Shown here in pieces: positions 28,623 through 36,902 of a DNA stretch of 44,508 nucleotides. The position numbers were made by a program, and so were the translations under genes. The stretch is from Bacteroidales bacterium (GTDB lineage: Bacteria; Bacteroidota; Bacteroidia; Bacteroidales; WCHB1-69): positions 1 to 44,508 of the forward strand of contig JAITVP010000120.1 in the NCBI GenBank assembly GCA_031285725.1, written 5' to 3'. A model generated the notes under the pieces. It had not been told where the DNA came from, searched no databases, and saw only the letters and a list, made by a program, of their open reading frames with translations. Positions within the stretch are counted from its first letter, which is position 1; the number at the start of each line of letters is the position of its first letter.

Positions 28623-28648
28623 AATCTGTGGAATCCGTTGAATCTGTG
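28623..28648. repeat. Three tandem 9-mers AATCTGTGG AATCCGTTG AATCTGTG
   Basis: Read directly from the sequence. Related arrays lie at 30374-30400 and 32832-32850. Confidence 0.85.
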
Positions 28649-28799
28649 TTATTAATTTTCTGAATATCAATTAAATATAATTAAAATTAAATATAAGAGA
28701 AGATTTTATTGAGAATGGAACATGGAGATTAAAAAAAAGAAAAAACGCCTTAAATCGAATGTTTTTTGTAAAGTTTTGATATACAAGAAATTGATTTTG

Positions 28800-28871
28800 T
28801 AGCCCCGACGGGAATCGAACCCATATTTGAAGTTTAGGAAACTTCCGTTCTATCCGTTGAACTACAGGGCC
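28800..28871 (-). tRNA. tRNA-Arg (CCT)
   Basis: The reverse complement GGCCCTGTAGTTCAACGGATAGAACGGAAGTTTCCTAAACTTCAAATATGGGTTCGATTCCCGTCGGGGCTA folds as a cloverleaf with anticodon loop TTCCTAA. No CCA is encoded. Confidence 0.88.
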
Positions 28872-28883
28872 GCAAAAGCGGGG

Positions 28884-28891
28884 CAAAGATA
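28884..28891 (-). promoter_or_regulatory. -7 box TATCTTTG (minus strand) upstream of tRNA-Arg
   Basis: The + strand caaagata is the reverse complement of TATCTTTG, 13 nt upstream of the tRNA 5' end. Confidence 0.5.
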
Positions 28892-28911
28892 CGATAAATC
28901 ATAAAAAATCA

Positions 28912-28919
28912 TACCTTTG
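28912..28919 (+). promoter_or_regulatory. -7 box TACCTTTG facing rightwards
   Basis: Exact TAnnTTTG match. With the minus-strand box it forms the inverted repeat GGCAAAG...CTTTGCC. It lies 30 nt upstream of a 33-codon ORF. Confidence 0.4.
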
Positions 28920-28948
28920 CCGTCGTTAATGATTAAAATAATATTGTT

Positions 28949-29050
28949 ATGAAAAAAATGATTTTTATGCTTTTATCCTTTTGGAGGCATGCATGTTCCG
29001 TTTCCAGCGATGGGAATGGTGAAGACGGACAGAGTGGGATATCGGTTTGA
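28949..29050 (+). CDS. Possible 33-aa small secreted/lipo-peptide (MKKMIFMLLSFWRHACSVSSDGNGEDGQSGISV)
   Basis: ATG-to-TGA ORF below the track cutoff. It has a hydrophobic N-terminus, then Cys, then an acidic/Gly-rich tail, with a promoter box upstream. There is no other support. Confidence 0.25.
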   Translation: MKKMIFMLLSFWRHACSVSSDGNGEDGQSGISV

Positions 29051-29088
29051 GGCATTTGGGAAGTGATGCGTTTTGAGGTATTTTTTTA

Positions 29089-29096
29089 TATTTTTG
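29089..29096 (+). promoter_or_regulatory. -7 box TATTTTTG upstream of lgt
   Basis: Exact TAnnTTTG match, 19 nt before the ATG at 29116. Confidence 0.4.
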
Positions 29097-29115
29097 TGTT
29101 CTTTAATTAAACAAA

Positions 29116-30000
29116 ATGATTGATTTTTTAGCTTATGTAACTTGGACGGTTGATCCAGTTGCCTTCACCTTGGAACCGTTGGAAATCAGGTGGTATAGTA
29201 TTTTTTTACTCGTTGGCTTTGCGCTGGCGTTTTTCACTCTCTCCCGCGAATTCAAGTTGGAAAAAGTGCCGCCGATCATCATGGACAATTTTGGATTTTA
29301 TACCATTTTATGGACATTGGTTGGATTACGGATCGGGCATTTTCTGTTTTATGAGCGCAGTTATTTTATCGAGGCGCCGCTACAAATCTTGCTCCCTTTC
29401 GACAAGGATTGGAATTTTATTGGCTATCAAGGGCTGGCCAGTCATGGGGGTGTAATCGCTATCATACTCTACGTCAGCTACTTTTCCTGGAAACATAAAA
29501 TCAACATTTTTTGGTTGCTTGATCGAGTGGCAGTGGCGGTGATGATTGCGGCAGCGTTTGTTCGGGTTGGCAATTTGATGAACCACGAAATTGTGGGTAG
29601 TATCACCGAAGTGGATTGGGCGTTTAACTTCACGCTCGGTGGCTATGGCGTGGCCGACACGTTGCGGCATCCGGCGCAGCTCTACGAAGCCGTCGTCTAT
29701 TTGTTTACCTATTTTGGTTTGGTTTTCTATTATTTCCGAATGGCCAAAGGAGACGTTTCACCGGGAAGAATCACCGGAATTTTGTTAATTGTGGTCTTTT
29801 TAGCTCGTTTTATTATCGAATTTTTCAAAGAGGTACAAGTGGCCAAAGAAGCGGCGATGCGCTTGGATATTGGACAGATTTTGAGCATTCCGTTCGTTCT
29901 CCTCGGCATCGGATTGCTGATTTACTCCATCATAAATCGGAACAATATCCCACATTATGATCCGAGTAAGGATCCGAGTCTGAAGAAAGGTAATAGTTGA
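29116..30000 (+). CDS. lgt: Prolipoprotein diacylglyceryl transferase
   Basis: 294 aa, polytopic. IRWYSIFLLVGF, GLRIGHFLFYE, GLASHGGVIA, VRVGNLMNHEIVG and HPAQLYEA are Lgt signature blocks. Confidence 0.9.
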   Translation: MIDFLAYVTWTVDPVAFTLEPLEIRWYSIFLLVGFALAFFTLSREFKLEKVPPIIMDNFGFYTILWTLVGLRIGHFLFYERSYFIEAPLQILLPFDKDWNFIGYQGLASHGGVIAIILYVSYFSWKHKINIFWLLDRVAVAVMIAAAFVRVGNLMNHEIVGSITEVDWAFNFTLGGYGVADTLRHPAQLYEAVVYLFTYFGLVFYYFRMAKGDVSPGRITGILLIVVFLARFIIEFFKEVQVAKEAAMRLDIGQILSIPFVLLGIGLLIYSIINRNNIPHYDPSKDPSLKKGNS

Positions 30001-30059
30001 TAATTAATAGTGAGGGAGTTATATGAAAATAGGACTCCTTGGTTATTCCTTGTTAATTC

Positions 30060-30344
30060 TCATACAGTTTCGCTATCAATTCGTTTTGATTCTTCGAAAA
30101 AATCCTTGGTGGATTCGATGAAATCCTTGAAGTGGGGTGTTTGGGTGTGTGCCAGTAGCCCTTTCCGGTTACTCCATTGCTCGAAGAGCATGAAAGCATT
30201 ATCATCGGTAAGCGATTGATAGAGCGTGTAATTCATGCAGGCCTCTTCTTTCAGGCTCTCCCGTCGACACTCGTGGAACAATTGGAGATAGCTCTCTTTG
30301 TATTCCGGTTTTACTTTTTTAAGGATATTGAGGATATGGGACAT
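30060..30344 (-). CDS. Antibiotic-biosynthesis-monooxygenase (ABM) domain protein
   Basis: 94 aa. The size and the pattern ...ESLKEEACMNYTLYQSLTDDNAFMLFEQWSNRKGLLAHTQTPHFKDF fit the ABM/quinol monooxygenase fold family. Confidence 0.7.
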   Translation of the reverse strand: MSHILNILKKVKPEYKESYLQLFHECRRESLKEEACMNYTLYQSLTDDNAFMLFEQWSNRKGLLAHTQTPHFKDFIESTKDFFEESKRIDSETV

Positions 30345-30373
30345 GGTATTTTGGAGTTTTAAGTTGACTAATA

Positions 30374-30400
30374 AATCTGTGATAATCTATATAATCTGTG
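30374..30400. repeat. Three tandem 9-10-mers AATCTGTGAT AATCTATAT AATCTGTG
   Basis: Read directly from the sequence. Same family as 28623-28648. Confidence 0.85.
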
Positions 30401-30417
30401 TGTTAATTAGTGATTTT

Positions 30418-31596
30418 TCAATTTTCAACTTTCTTTTTTGATAAAAAAGCGAACGCCAAATACACCAAATAACATGTGATCAACATCAACACGATGATAG
30501 CACCGTATTGTTTGGTGTCGCTAAAGAGAGAATTGGCGAACGTCATGATTGGGGGAAAGATGGCTCCGCCGGCGATGGCAGTGACCATTAAGCCGGCAAC
30601 TTCGTTCGTTTTGTCGGGGCGGGCTTTCATTGCTACGGAGAATATGATGGAGAATATGCTGGAGAATGCGTAGCCGATTGCGCCGAATAGCACATAAGCC
30701 ATTGTGTCGCTGGGTGCTACCAACAGCAAGCCAATTACCACCAAGGCAAGGAGGACGTGGATTCTGAAATATTTCATTTCGTTCATTTTTGCCAACAATG
30801 CGGCGCCGATGAAAGCTCCGATCGTCCTACAAAGCGAGTAGGTCATTGGGCCCCAATAGACATCATTCGCATTATAATCGAAATGATTGATCAATACTTT
30901 CACGGAAACCATGTTAACGCCCACATCAATACCCACTACGACTAAAATTCCGATGAATAGCATTAGTATTATCTTGTTTCCCAATAATTTAAATGAATCT
31001 ATAAAAGAAGCCGATGTACTGGGTTCCTCTTTTTTGATGGGCGTTAAAAGCAGCCATAATGCCGCCAGCAGTGTAATGCCGCCAAAAATAGGGAAAATGT
31101 ACATCCAGTTGCCCAGTTGAGTAGCTGCAAACGTGGTGATCAGCGGGGCACAAAATGCGCAGAGGGCTTTCACCACTTGACCGGCGGTCAATGAACTGGC
31201 AAGGTATTTTCCTTCAACCACATTGGAAACCAATGGATTGAGCGATACTTGCAAGATTGTGTTTCCGATTCCCAGTAAACAAAACGCCACGATGCAAATG
31301 GATAATGTAAGGTTTGCAATCATCGTGAAGGGTAGAAACATGCCGATAATGGTCACTAACATGCTTAATAACACGGTGTTCTTTCGCCCGATCTTGTTCA
31401 TCAAGGTGGCTGATGGGATGGCGAACACGAGGAACCAGATAAAAATCATGCTCGGCAAGAAACCGGACAGTCGTTCGGACAATCCATAAGTATCTTTGAA
31501 ATAATTGGTTGCTATGCCAACCACATCCACAAAACCCATCACAAAAAAACCGAGAAAGACGGGCAATAAAGAGAGAATTAGTGTACTTTTTTTCAT
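30418..31596 (-). CDS. Sugar-type MFS transporter (FucP/glucose-galactose-like)
   Basis: 392 aa with 12 predicted TM segments. It is divergent from the ROK kinase and GH20 genes. The substrate is inferred from context only. Confidence 0.7.
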   Translation of the reverse strand: MKKSTLILSLLPVFLGFFVMGFVDVVGIATNYFKDTYGLSERLSGFLPSMIFIWFLVFAIPSATLMNKIGRKNTVLLSMLVTIIGMFLPFTMIANLTLSICIVAFCLLGIGNTILQVSLNPLVSNVVEGKYLASSLTAGQVVKALCAFCAPLITTFAATQLGNWMYIFPIFGGITLLAALWLLLTPIKKEEPSTSASFIDSFKLLGNKIILMLFIGILVVVGIDVGVNMVSVKVLINHFDYNANDVYWGPMTYSLCRTIGAFIGAALLAKMNEMKYFRIHVLLALVVIGLLLVAPSDTMAYVLFGAIGYAFSSIFSIIFSVAMKARPDKTNEVAGLMVTAIAGGAIFPPIMTFANSLFSDTKQYGAIIVLMLITCYLVYLAFAFLSKKKVEN

Positions 31597-31623
31597 AATG
31601 ATTATTATTTAAATTTAAAGCCA

Positions 31624-31631
31624 CAAATTTA
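31624..31631 (-). promoter_or_regulatory. -7 box TAAATTTG (minus strand) upstream of the MFS gene
   Basis: The + strand caaattta is the reverse complement of TAAATTTG, 28 nt upstream of the ATG at 31596. Confidence 0.4.
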
Positions 31632-31663
31632 AACCAAAATTTCAAACACGTTTATCATTTTGT

Positions 31664-31671
31664 TATTTTTG
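31664..31671 (+). promoter_or_regulatory. -7 box TATTTTTG upstream of the ROK kinase gene
   Basis: Exact TAnnTTTG match, 13 nt before the ATG at 31685. Confidence 0.4.
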
Positions 31672-31684
31672 CTTTTCATTAAAA

Positions 31685-32794
31685 ATGATAGCCATGTATG
31701 CAAATGACAAAAGAACAGTAGTGACACTGGATGCGGGTGGGAGCAACCTTGTTTTCAGTGCGATTCAAGGAAATGAAGAGATTGTGGAACCAATCAAAAA
31801 GCCGTCCAATTCGCATGATTTAGCTTTGTGTATTGCGACGATCAAACAAGGTTTCGAGGAGGTGATCGCCCAATTGGAAGAAAAACCGGTAGCGATCAGT
31901 TTTGCTTTTCCGGGACCTGCGGATTATCCGAACGGGGTTATCGGCGGATTTCTGCCTAATTTTCCCTCTTTCCGGGACGGTGTGGCGCTGGGACCGCTCT
32001 TGCAACGTCATTTCAATCTTCCGGTTTTCATCAACAACGACGCCGATCTTTTTGCGTATGGCGAAGCGTTGGCGGGTGTATTGCCGGAAATCAACAAAAA
32101 ATTGAAAGAGCAGGGGAGTGCAAAACAGTATCATAACCTAATCGGGTTCACGTGGGGCACCGGCTTCGGTTTCGGCTTCACCGTAAACGGAAACTTGCAC
32201 ATTGGCGACAATTCGTGCAATGAGATCTGGTGTCTGCCCCATCCTGACGATCATACAATCATTGTGGAGGATGGCGTGGCGATTCGGGCGATTACCCGCA
32301 TGTATGGCGAGTGGACGGAAAATCCCAACCACGGTCTCGATCCGGAGGCGATCTTTGACATTGCGGAGGGTCGGAGGGAAGGCAACCAAGAGGCGGCGAT
32401 CCGCAGTTTCGAGAAGTTCGGCGAGGTGGCTGGCGATGCTATGGCCTATGCCGCCACGTTGATCGACGGCATCATGGTGATTGGCGGTGGATTGACGGGT
32501 GCGCACAAGTACATCCTCCCGTCTCTCTTCAAAGTGCTGGATAGTAAGATAGGGACGATGAAAGGCGAAACGCTAAATCGCTTGCAATTTGAAGTTTACA
32601 ACTTAGATGATGACCAAGAGTTTAGTCAATTCGCCCAAGGAAAATCCATAGAGATTAAAATTTTCGGTTCCGATGACATGGCTATTTTCGATCCACAAAA
32701 ACGAATTGGCCTGGCGGTTTCCAAATTAGGCACCAGTCAAGCCACGGCGCTGGGGGCGTATGCGTATGCGTTGCACTCAATAGATAGTCAATAA
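31685..32794 (+). CDS. ROK-family/ASKHA sugar kinase (putative GlcNAc or glucose kinase)
   Basis: 369 aa. VVTLDAGGSNLVFS (phosphate-1 motif), FINNDADLFAYGEA and VIGGGLTGA are present. The classical CxCGxxGCxE zinc motif is not evident, so the subfamily is uncertain. Confidence 0.65.
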   Translation: MIAMYANDKRTVVTLDAGGSNLVFSAIQGNEEIVEPIKKPSNSHDLALCIATIKQGFEEVIAQLEEKPVAISFAFPGPADYPNGVIGGFLPNFPSFRDGVALGPLLQRHFNLPVFINNDADLFAYGEALAGVLPEINKKLKEQGSAKQYHNLIGFTWGTGFGFGFTVNGNLHIGDNSCNEIWCLPHPDDHTIIVEDGVAIRAITRMYGEWTENPNHGLDPEAIFDIAEGRREGNQEAAIRSFEKFGEVAGDAMAYAATLIDGIMVIGGGLTGAHKYILPSLFKVLDSKIGTMKGETLNRLQFEVYNLDDDQEFSQFAQGKSIEIKIFGSDDMAIFDPQKRIGLAVSKLGTSQATALGAYAYALHSIDSQ

Positions 32795-32831
32795 TGGAGT
32801 ATGGAGAATGGATTTCTTGAATTTAATCTGT

Positions 32832-32850
32832 TCAATCCGTGTTGCCATTA
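32832..32850. repeat. Two tandem units AATCTGTTC AATCCGTGTT
   Basis: Read directly from the sequence, 38 nt after the ROK stop. Same family as 28623-28648. Confidence 0.7.
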
Positions 32851-32903
32851 TTGGTCAAAATACAAATTCCTCAACAATTCAACCCTTTAACAAATAAAAA
32901 ACA

Positions 32904-35252
32904 ATGAAAAAACGAATTACCTTGGCAGTCATTGCATTTCTTGTAGTGTTCTGTGTCTCTTGCGGATCAAAAACTCAGGAGAACAAAGTTTACAACGAAG
33001 GCATCAACATCATCCCGATGCCACTGCGAATGGAGATGAAGAAGGGTTCTTTCACATTAAAGAATCATACCGCATTCTATGCTTCCAGGCCGGAGCTGCA
33101 AAAAGTGGCCGATTTTTTCATGGAAAAAATGGAAAAATCAACAGGTTATACGTTAAAAATGGTCGATCAGGAAGATAAGGCAAAGATCCGGCTGTCGATT
33201 GATGAGAATCTGGCATTGAACGAAGAGGGGTACACGTTGGAAGTTACGGAAGAAAACGTGGTGATCAAGGCACGGACACCGCAGGGTGTGTTTTACGGTA
33301 TGCAGTCATTCATGCAGCTGTTGCCGGCCGAGATTGAGAGTTTGACCAGGCAGCACGTCCAATGGACGGCTCCTGCGATTGTCATCGAGGACGAACCCCG
33401 ATTTTCCTACCGCGGTCTCCATCTGGATCCGTGTCGCCACTTCCTTCCCGTGGAGAATGTGAAACGGCACATTGACATGATCTCGTTCTTCAAACTTAAC
33501 CGTATGCACTGGCACTTGACCGATGATCAAGGATGGCGGATTGAGATCAAAAAATATCCTCTTTTAACAGAAAAAGGGGCCACTCGCATCGAAGGGGAGG
33601 GGTTTGAGCATGGTGGTTATTACACCCAAGAGGAGATCAAGGAAGTAGTGGACTATGCGGCGGAACGATTTATCACCATCATCCCCGAAATTGAACTGCC
33701 AGGTCATGCATTGGCGGCGATTGCCGGTTATCCTGAACTCTCTTGCAGTGGCGAACCCCGAACTCCTCGGATACAATGGGGTGTGGAAGATATCGTTTTC
33801 TGTGCAGGGAAAGAGCAAGTATTTGAATTTCTGGAAGATGTTATGAAAGAGGTGGTTGAGCTTTTCCCGGGCGAATACATCCACATTGGCGGCGACGAGT
33901 GTCCCAAAACCGAGTGGGAAAAATGTCCGCTTTGCCAACAACGGATCAAAGAGGAAGGCTTAACGGCCGATGCGGAACATTCGGCGGCGGAACGTTTGCA
34001 AAGTTATTTTGTGCAACGAATGGAGCAAGTGGTTGCTAAATATGGCAAAAAAATCATTGGATGGAACGAAATTCTGGAAGGCGGTTTGGCCCCCTCGGCA
34101 ACGGTAATGTCGTGGCAAGGCGAAAAAGGCGGTATCACGGCGGCCAACATGGGTCATGATGTAATCATGACGCCCAACAGCGGTGGGATGTACATTGATC
34201 AGTATGAGGGCGATTACAAAATTGAACCGGTGACAATTGGTGGATATACCACGACAGCAAGAATTTACGAATATGATCCGATTCCCGAAGAATTGGCGAA
34301 TAGCGACAAGACGCATCACATTCTGGGCGTGCAGTGTAACTCTTGGTCGGAGTATATGTACAAGCCCGAGCAGAACGAATACCGCATTTATCCGCGAATT
34401 CTTGCATTGGCGGAAATAGCCTGGAGTGTGAAAAATAACAAGGATTATGCGGATTTCGCCCGCCGGTTGAACAACGCTTACGTCCGGTTGGACGCACACA
34501 ACATCAACTATCACATTCCGCAACCAGAGCAGCCCAACGGTTCCAGCAATTTCGTGGCTTTCACCGACAAGGCAGTATTGGCGTTCACCACCAGCCGTCC
34601 GATCAAGATGGTGTACACGTTAGACGGTACCGATCCGAACCCAAACTCTACGGAATATACCAAGCCTCTTGAAATTCGGGAGAACACAACGGTAAAAATC
34701 CGGTCGATATTGCCCAGTGATAAGATGAGCAAAGTGCGGGAGATTACGGTGGAAAAACAGACATTGGCACCGGCGGTGCGGATTGCGAATCAAACCTCGG
34801 GATTGCGATTAGCGGTCATCCAAGGCATGTATCTGGATGTGGATCAGATGATGAAGTCGGACTCGGTGTGGACGGAGAGCATAATTCCCTCGTTGCGGGA
34901 ACTCACCCGTATCAACCCATCAGACGAATCGATGCTGGGTGTTCGCCAGTATGCGGCCATAGCCACAGGTTATGTTAACATTCCCGAAGATGGTGTTTAC
35001 TATATCTCTTCCGACAACGAAGAGGTGTGGATAGATGGCAAGTTATTGATTAACAATCGCGGCGAGGTGAAACGCTTCTCGCACCACGACACTTCCATTG
35101 CTTTAGAAAAAGGATTTCACGAGTTCAAAACCGTCTTCCTTGGTCATATCATTGGCGGCTGGCCCTCCAATTGGAACGACGGCAGTGTGAAAATCCGACA
35201 TGCAGACAGCACGGAATTTCGGGAAGTTAACGGAGAAATGATTTTTTATTAG
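32904..35252 (+). CDS. Beta-N-acetylhexosaminidase (GH20) with C-terminal accessory beta domains
   Basis: 782 aa with a lipoprotein-type signal (FCVSCGS). RGLHLDPCRHF, HWHLTDDQGWRIEIKKYP and IHIGGDECPKTEW are GH20 catalytic-domain motifs. Confidence 0.9.
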   Translation: MKKRITLAVIAFLVVFCVSCGSKTQENKVYNEGINIIPMPLRMEMKKGSFTLKNHTAFYASRPELQKVADFFMEKMEKSTGYTLKMVDQEDKAKIRLSIDENLALNEEGYTLEVTEENVVIKARTPQGVFYGMQSFMQLLPAEIESLTRQHVQWTAPAIVIEDEPRFSYRGLHLDPCRHFLPVENVKRHIDMISFFKLNRMHWHLTDDQGWRIEIKKYPLLTEKGATRIEGEGFEHGGYYTQEEIKEVVDYAAERFITIIPEIELPGHALAAIAGYPELSCSGEPRTPRIQWGVEDIVFCAGKEQVFEFLEDVMKEVVELFPGEYIHIGGDECPKTEWEKCPLCQQRIKEEGLTADAEHSAAERLQSYFVQRMEQVVAKYGKKIIGWNEILEGGLAPSATVMSWQGEKGGITAANMGHDVIMTPNSGGMYIDQYEGDYKIEPVTIGGYTTTARIYEYDPIPEELANSDKTHHILGVQCNSWSEYMYKPEQNEYRIYPRILALAEIAWSVKNNKDYADFARRLNNAYVRLDAHNINYHIPQPEQPNGSSNFVAFTDKAVLAFTTSRPIKMVYTLDGTDPNPNSTEYTKPLEIRENTTVKIRSILPSDKMSKVREITVEKQTLAPAVRIANQTSGLRLAVIQGMYLDVDQMMKSDSVWTESIIPSLRELTRINPSDESMLGVRQYAAIATGYVNIPEDGVYYISSDNEEVWIDGKLLINNRGEVKRFSHHDTSIALEKGFHEFKTVFLGHIIGGWPSNWNDGSVKIRHADSTEFREVNGEMIFY

Positions 35253-35271
35253 ATTGAAGAACAAAAAAATG

Positions 35272-35279
35272 TATCTTTG
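35272..35279 (+). promoter_or_regulatory. -7 box TATCTTTG upstream of the PepSY-like gene
   Basis: Exact TAnnTTTG match, 27 nt before the ATG at 35307. Confidence 0.45.
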
Positions 35280-35306
35280 GCTTTGAATTTTTAAAAATAG
35301 GATTGT

Positions 35307-36887
35307 ATGAAAAAAACCGTTCGTATCCTTTTGTTATTAGCTGTGTTTCAGCTATTTATGTTTTCACAATTTTCAGTATTCGCACAGAAATTGAAACCGG
35401 ATGATGTGCCGGATGACGTGAAGCAGAGTTTGGAATTCGAATACCCATCGGCGAAAGTCTCTGCTTGGACATTGGAGAACAATAACTTCGTTGCCACTTT
35501 TAAGGATGCCGGTTCTACGGGCAAGGCGACATTTAAAAACGATGGGACGTGGATGAGCACCACATACGCCATCCCGCGGAGCGAGTTGCCTTCGGCTATC
35601 ACTGGCTATGTGACGACAACCTATCCGCTGTTCCTGATCTCGCTATCACAATTGCGGGAAACACCAAATGAAAAGATACACTATTACATTGAAGTGAAAC
35701 GCGATGGCGTGGGACAAAGTGTTTCTTCCCTCACGTTCAATGACGTAGGCAATCTGTTGACCCGCAACGATCCGCCAGATTTTGTGGATCCGCTGGAGGA
35801 AAAACAGACGGAGGAAAAACCGGTGACCACGACCAAGCAACCGGCAGCGAAACAACCGGCCGAAAAGCCAGCACCTAAGCCAGCGGCTGAGAAACCGGCA
35901 CCCAAACCGGTGGCCGAAAAGCCAGTGCCGAAACCCACCCCGGTGAAAGAGGTGGAAGAAGAAAAAGAAGGCAAAAAGAGAGAGAAACCGATAAAACCTG
36001 TTTTTGATCAATATGGAAATCAGGCATTAAACAGCAAAGAGGTGCCGGATCTCGCTTCCAAAGGATTGTTGAAAAAAATACCGCGCCCCGAAAAACTAAA
36101 TTGGTTTAAAATCGACACGTTCTATGTGGCAAAATGTGTATATCGAGAGCAAAATAATGAAGTTTTCCTTACTAGTAAGGGTGTTTGGGAAAAAACATAC
36201 GTGGAGTTGGATGAAGTGAAAATCACCGGAAATATGTTGAAACACCTCAATTCTTTCTATCGCGGCTGGAAATTCAAAAGTGCGGTGAAAGAGGTGCGGG
36301 CAGATAAAAACGACCTGACCATGGTGGAGGTCTACGAACGGAAAAATATTAAGAGTAAATTAATTACGACAGTGATTTTTGACAAAGTGGGCAAATTAGT
36401 ACGCAGTATTGATCCCGATTATGAACTGGGCAACCAAGAAACGGTAAGTTCCGAAGATCCCGATTTGGAGAAACATTATGAAAAGATGGCGATGGGCATG
36501 GAAACCAATACAAATGACGATGTTCCGGTGGAAATTTCGAATGCATTTAAAGCAAAATATCCCCGCATCACCAACCCGACTTGGGGTCGTGACGAAGATG
36601 GTAACTATCTCGCCACTTACATGGGTACCAAGGGCAAGGAGATTTGCGTGATCGGACAATCGGGTACAGTGCTGCAAATCCAAACCATCGGAAATATCGA
36701 CCTGCTGTCATCCAATATCCAAAACTACATCAAACAAAACCACAAAGGGTACAAAGTGGATGAGTTCTATGCGGTGAAGGATCTGTTGTCGAAGAAGAAT
36801 TTCTACAAAGTGATCATTATTAATAAAAAAATCGACGATGAGCAGGTATTATGGTTTGATACCGCTGGAAAACCCGTCAATATGTAA
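35307..36887 (+). CDS. Secreted protein with PepSY-like (DUF2874-type) modules joined by a Pro/Ala/Lys-rich linker
   Basis: 526 aa with a signal peptide. Repeated modules of the type V(P/S)xxVKxxFxxxYPxAKVxxW...DG resemble the PepSY-like beta-lactamase-inhibitor-like fold. The central linker is KQPAAKQPAEKPAPKPAAEKPAPKPVAEKPVPKP. Confidence 0.6.
   Translation: MKKTVRILLLLAVFQLFMFSQFSVFAQKLKPDDVPDDVKQSLEFEYPSAKVSAWTLENNNFVATFKDAGSTGKATFKNDGTWMSTTYAIPRSELPSAITGYVTTTYPLFLISLSQLRETPNEKIHYYIEVKRDGVGQSVSSLTFNDVGNLLTRNDPPDFVDPLEEKQTEEKPVTTTKQPAAKQPAEKPAPKPAAEKPAPKPVAEKPVPKPTPVKEVEEEKEGKKREKPIKPVFDQYGNQALNSKEVPDLASKGLLKKIPRPEKLNWFKIDTFYVAKCVYREQNNEVFLTSKGVWEKTYVELDEVKITGNMLKHLNSFYRGWKFKSAVKEVRADKNDLTMVEVYERKNIKSKLITTVIFDKVGKLVRSIDPDYELGNQETVSSEDPDLEKHYEKMAMGMETNTNDDVPVEISNAFKAKYPRITNPTWGRDEDGNYLATYMGTKGKEICVIGQSGTVLQIQTIGNIDLLSSNIQNYIKQNHKGYKVDEFYAVKDLLSKKNFYKVIIINKKIDDEQVLWFDTAGKPVNM
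35862..35942 (+). repeat. Three tandem in-frame 27-nt repeats encoding EKPAPKPAA / EKPAPKPVA / EKPVPKPTP
   Basis: Read directly from the sequence. The copies differ mainly at synonymous positions. Confidence 0.85.
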
Positions 36888-36902
36888 TCCACAATTTCGT
36901 TC

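Noticed and set aside
26062-28648. Possible CRISPR array (heptamer and 9-mer tandem repeats)
   Set aside because: The units are 7-10 nt with no spacers of 25-40 nt, there are only 3-5 copies, and no cas genes lie nearby. They are reported as short tandem repeats instead.
28671-28886. 71-aa minus-strand ORF
   Set aside because: It overlaps the whole tRNA-Arg(CCT) gene and AT-rich spacer, so it is an artefact.
33960-34523. 187-aa minus-strand ORF inside the GH20 gene (similarly 41654..42142, 6277..6786, 11146..11589, 12940..13314, 37208..37549)
   Set aside because: They are fully nested antisense to ORFs with unambiguous family motifs and have no motifs of their own.
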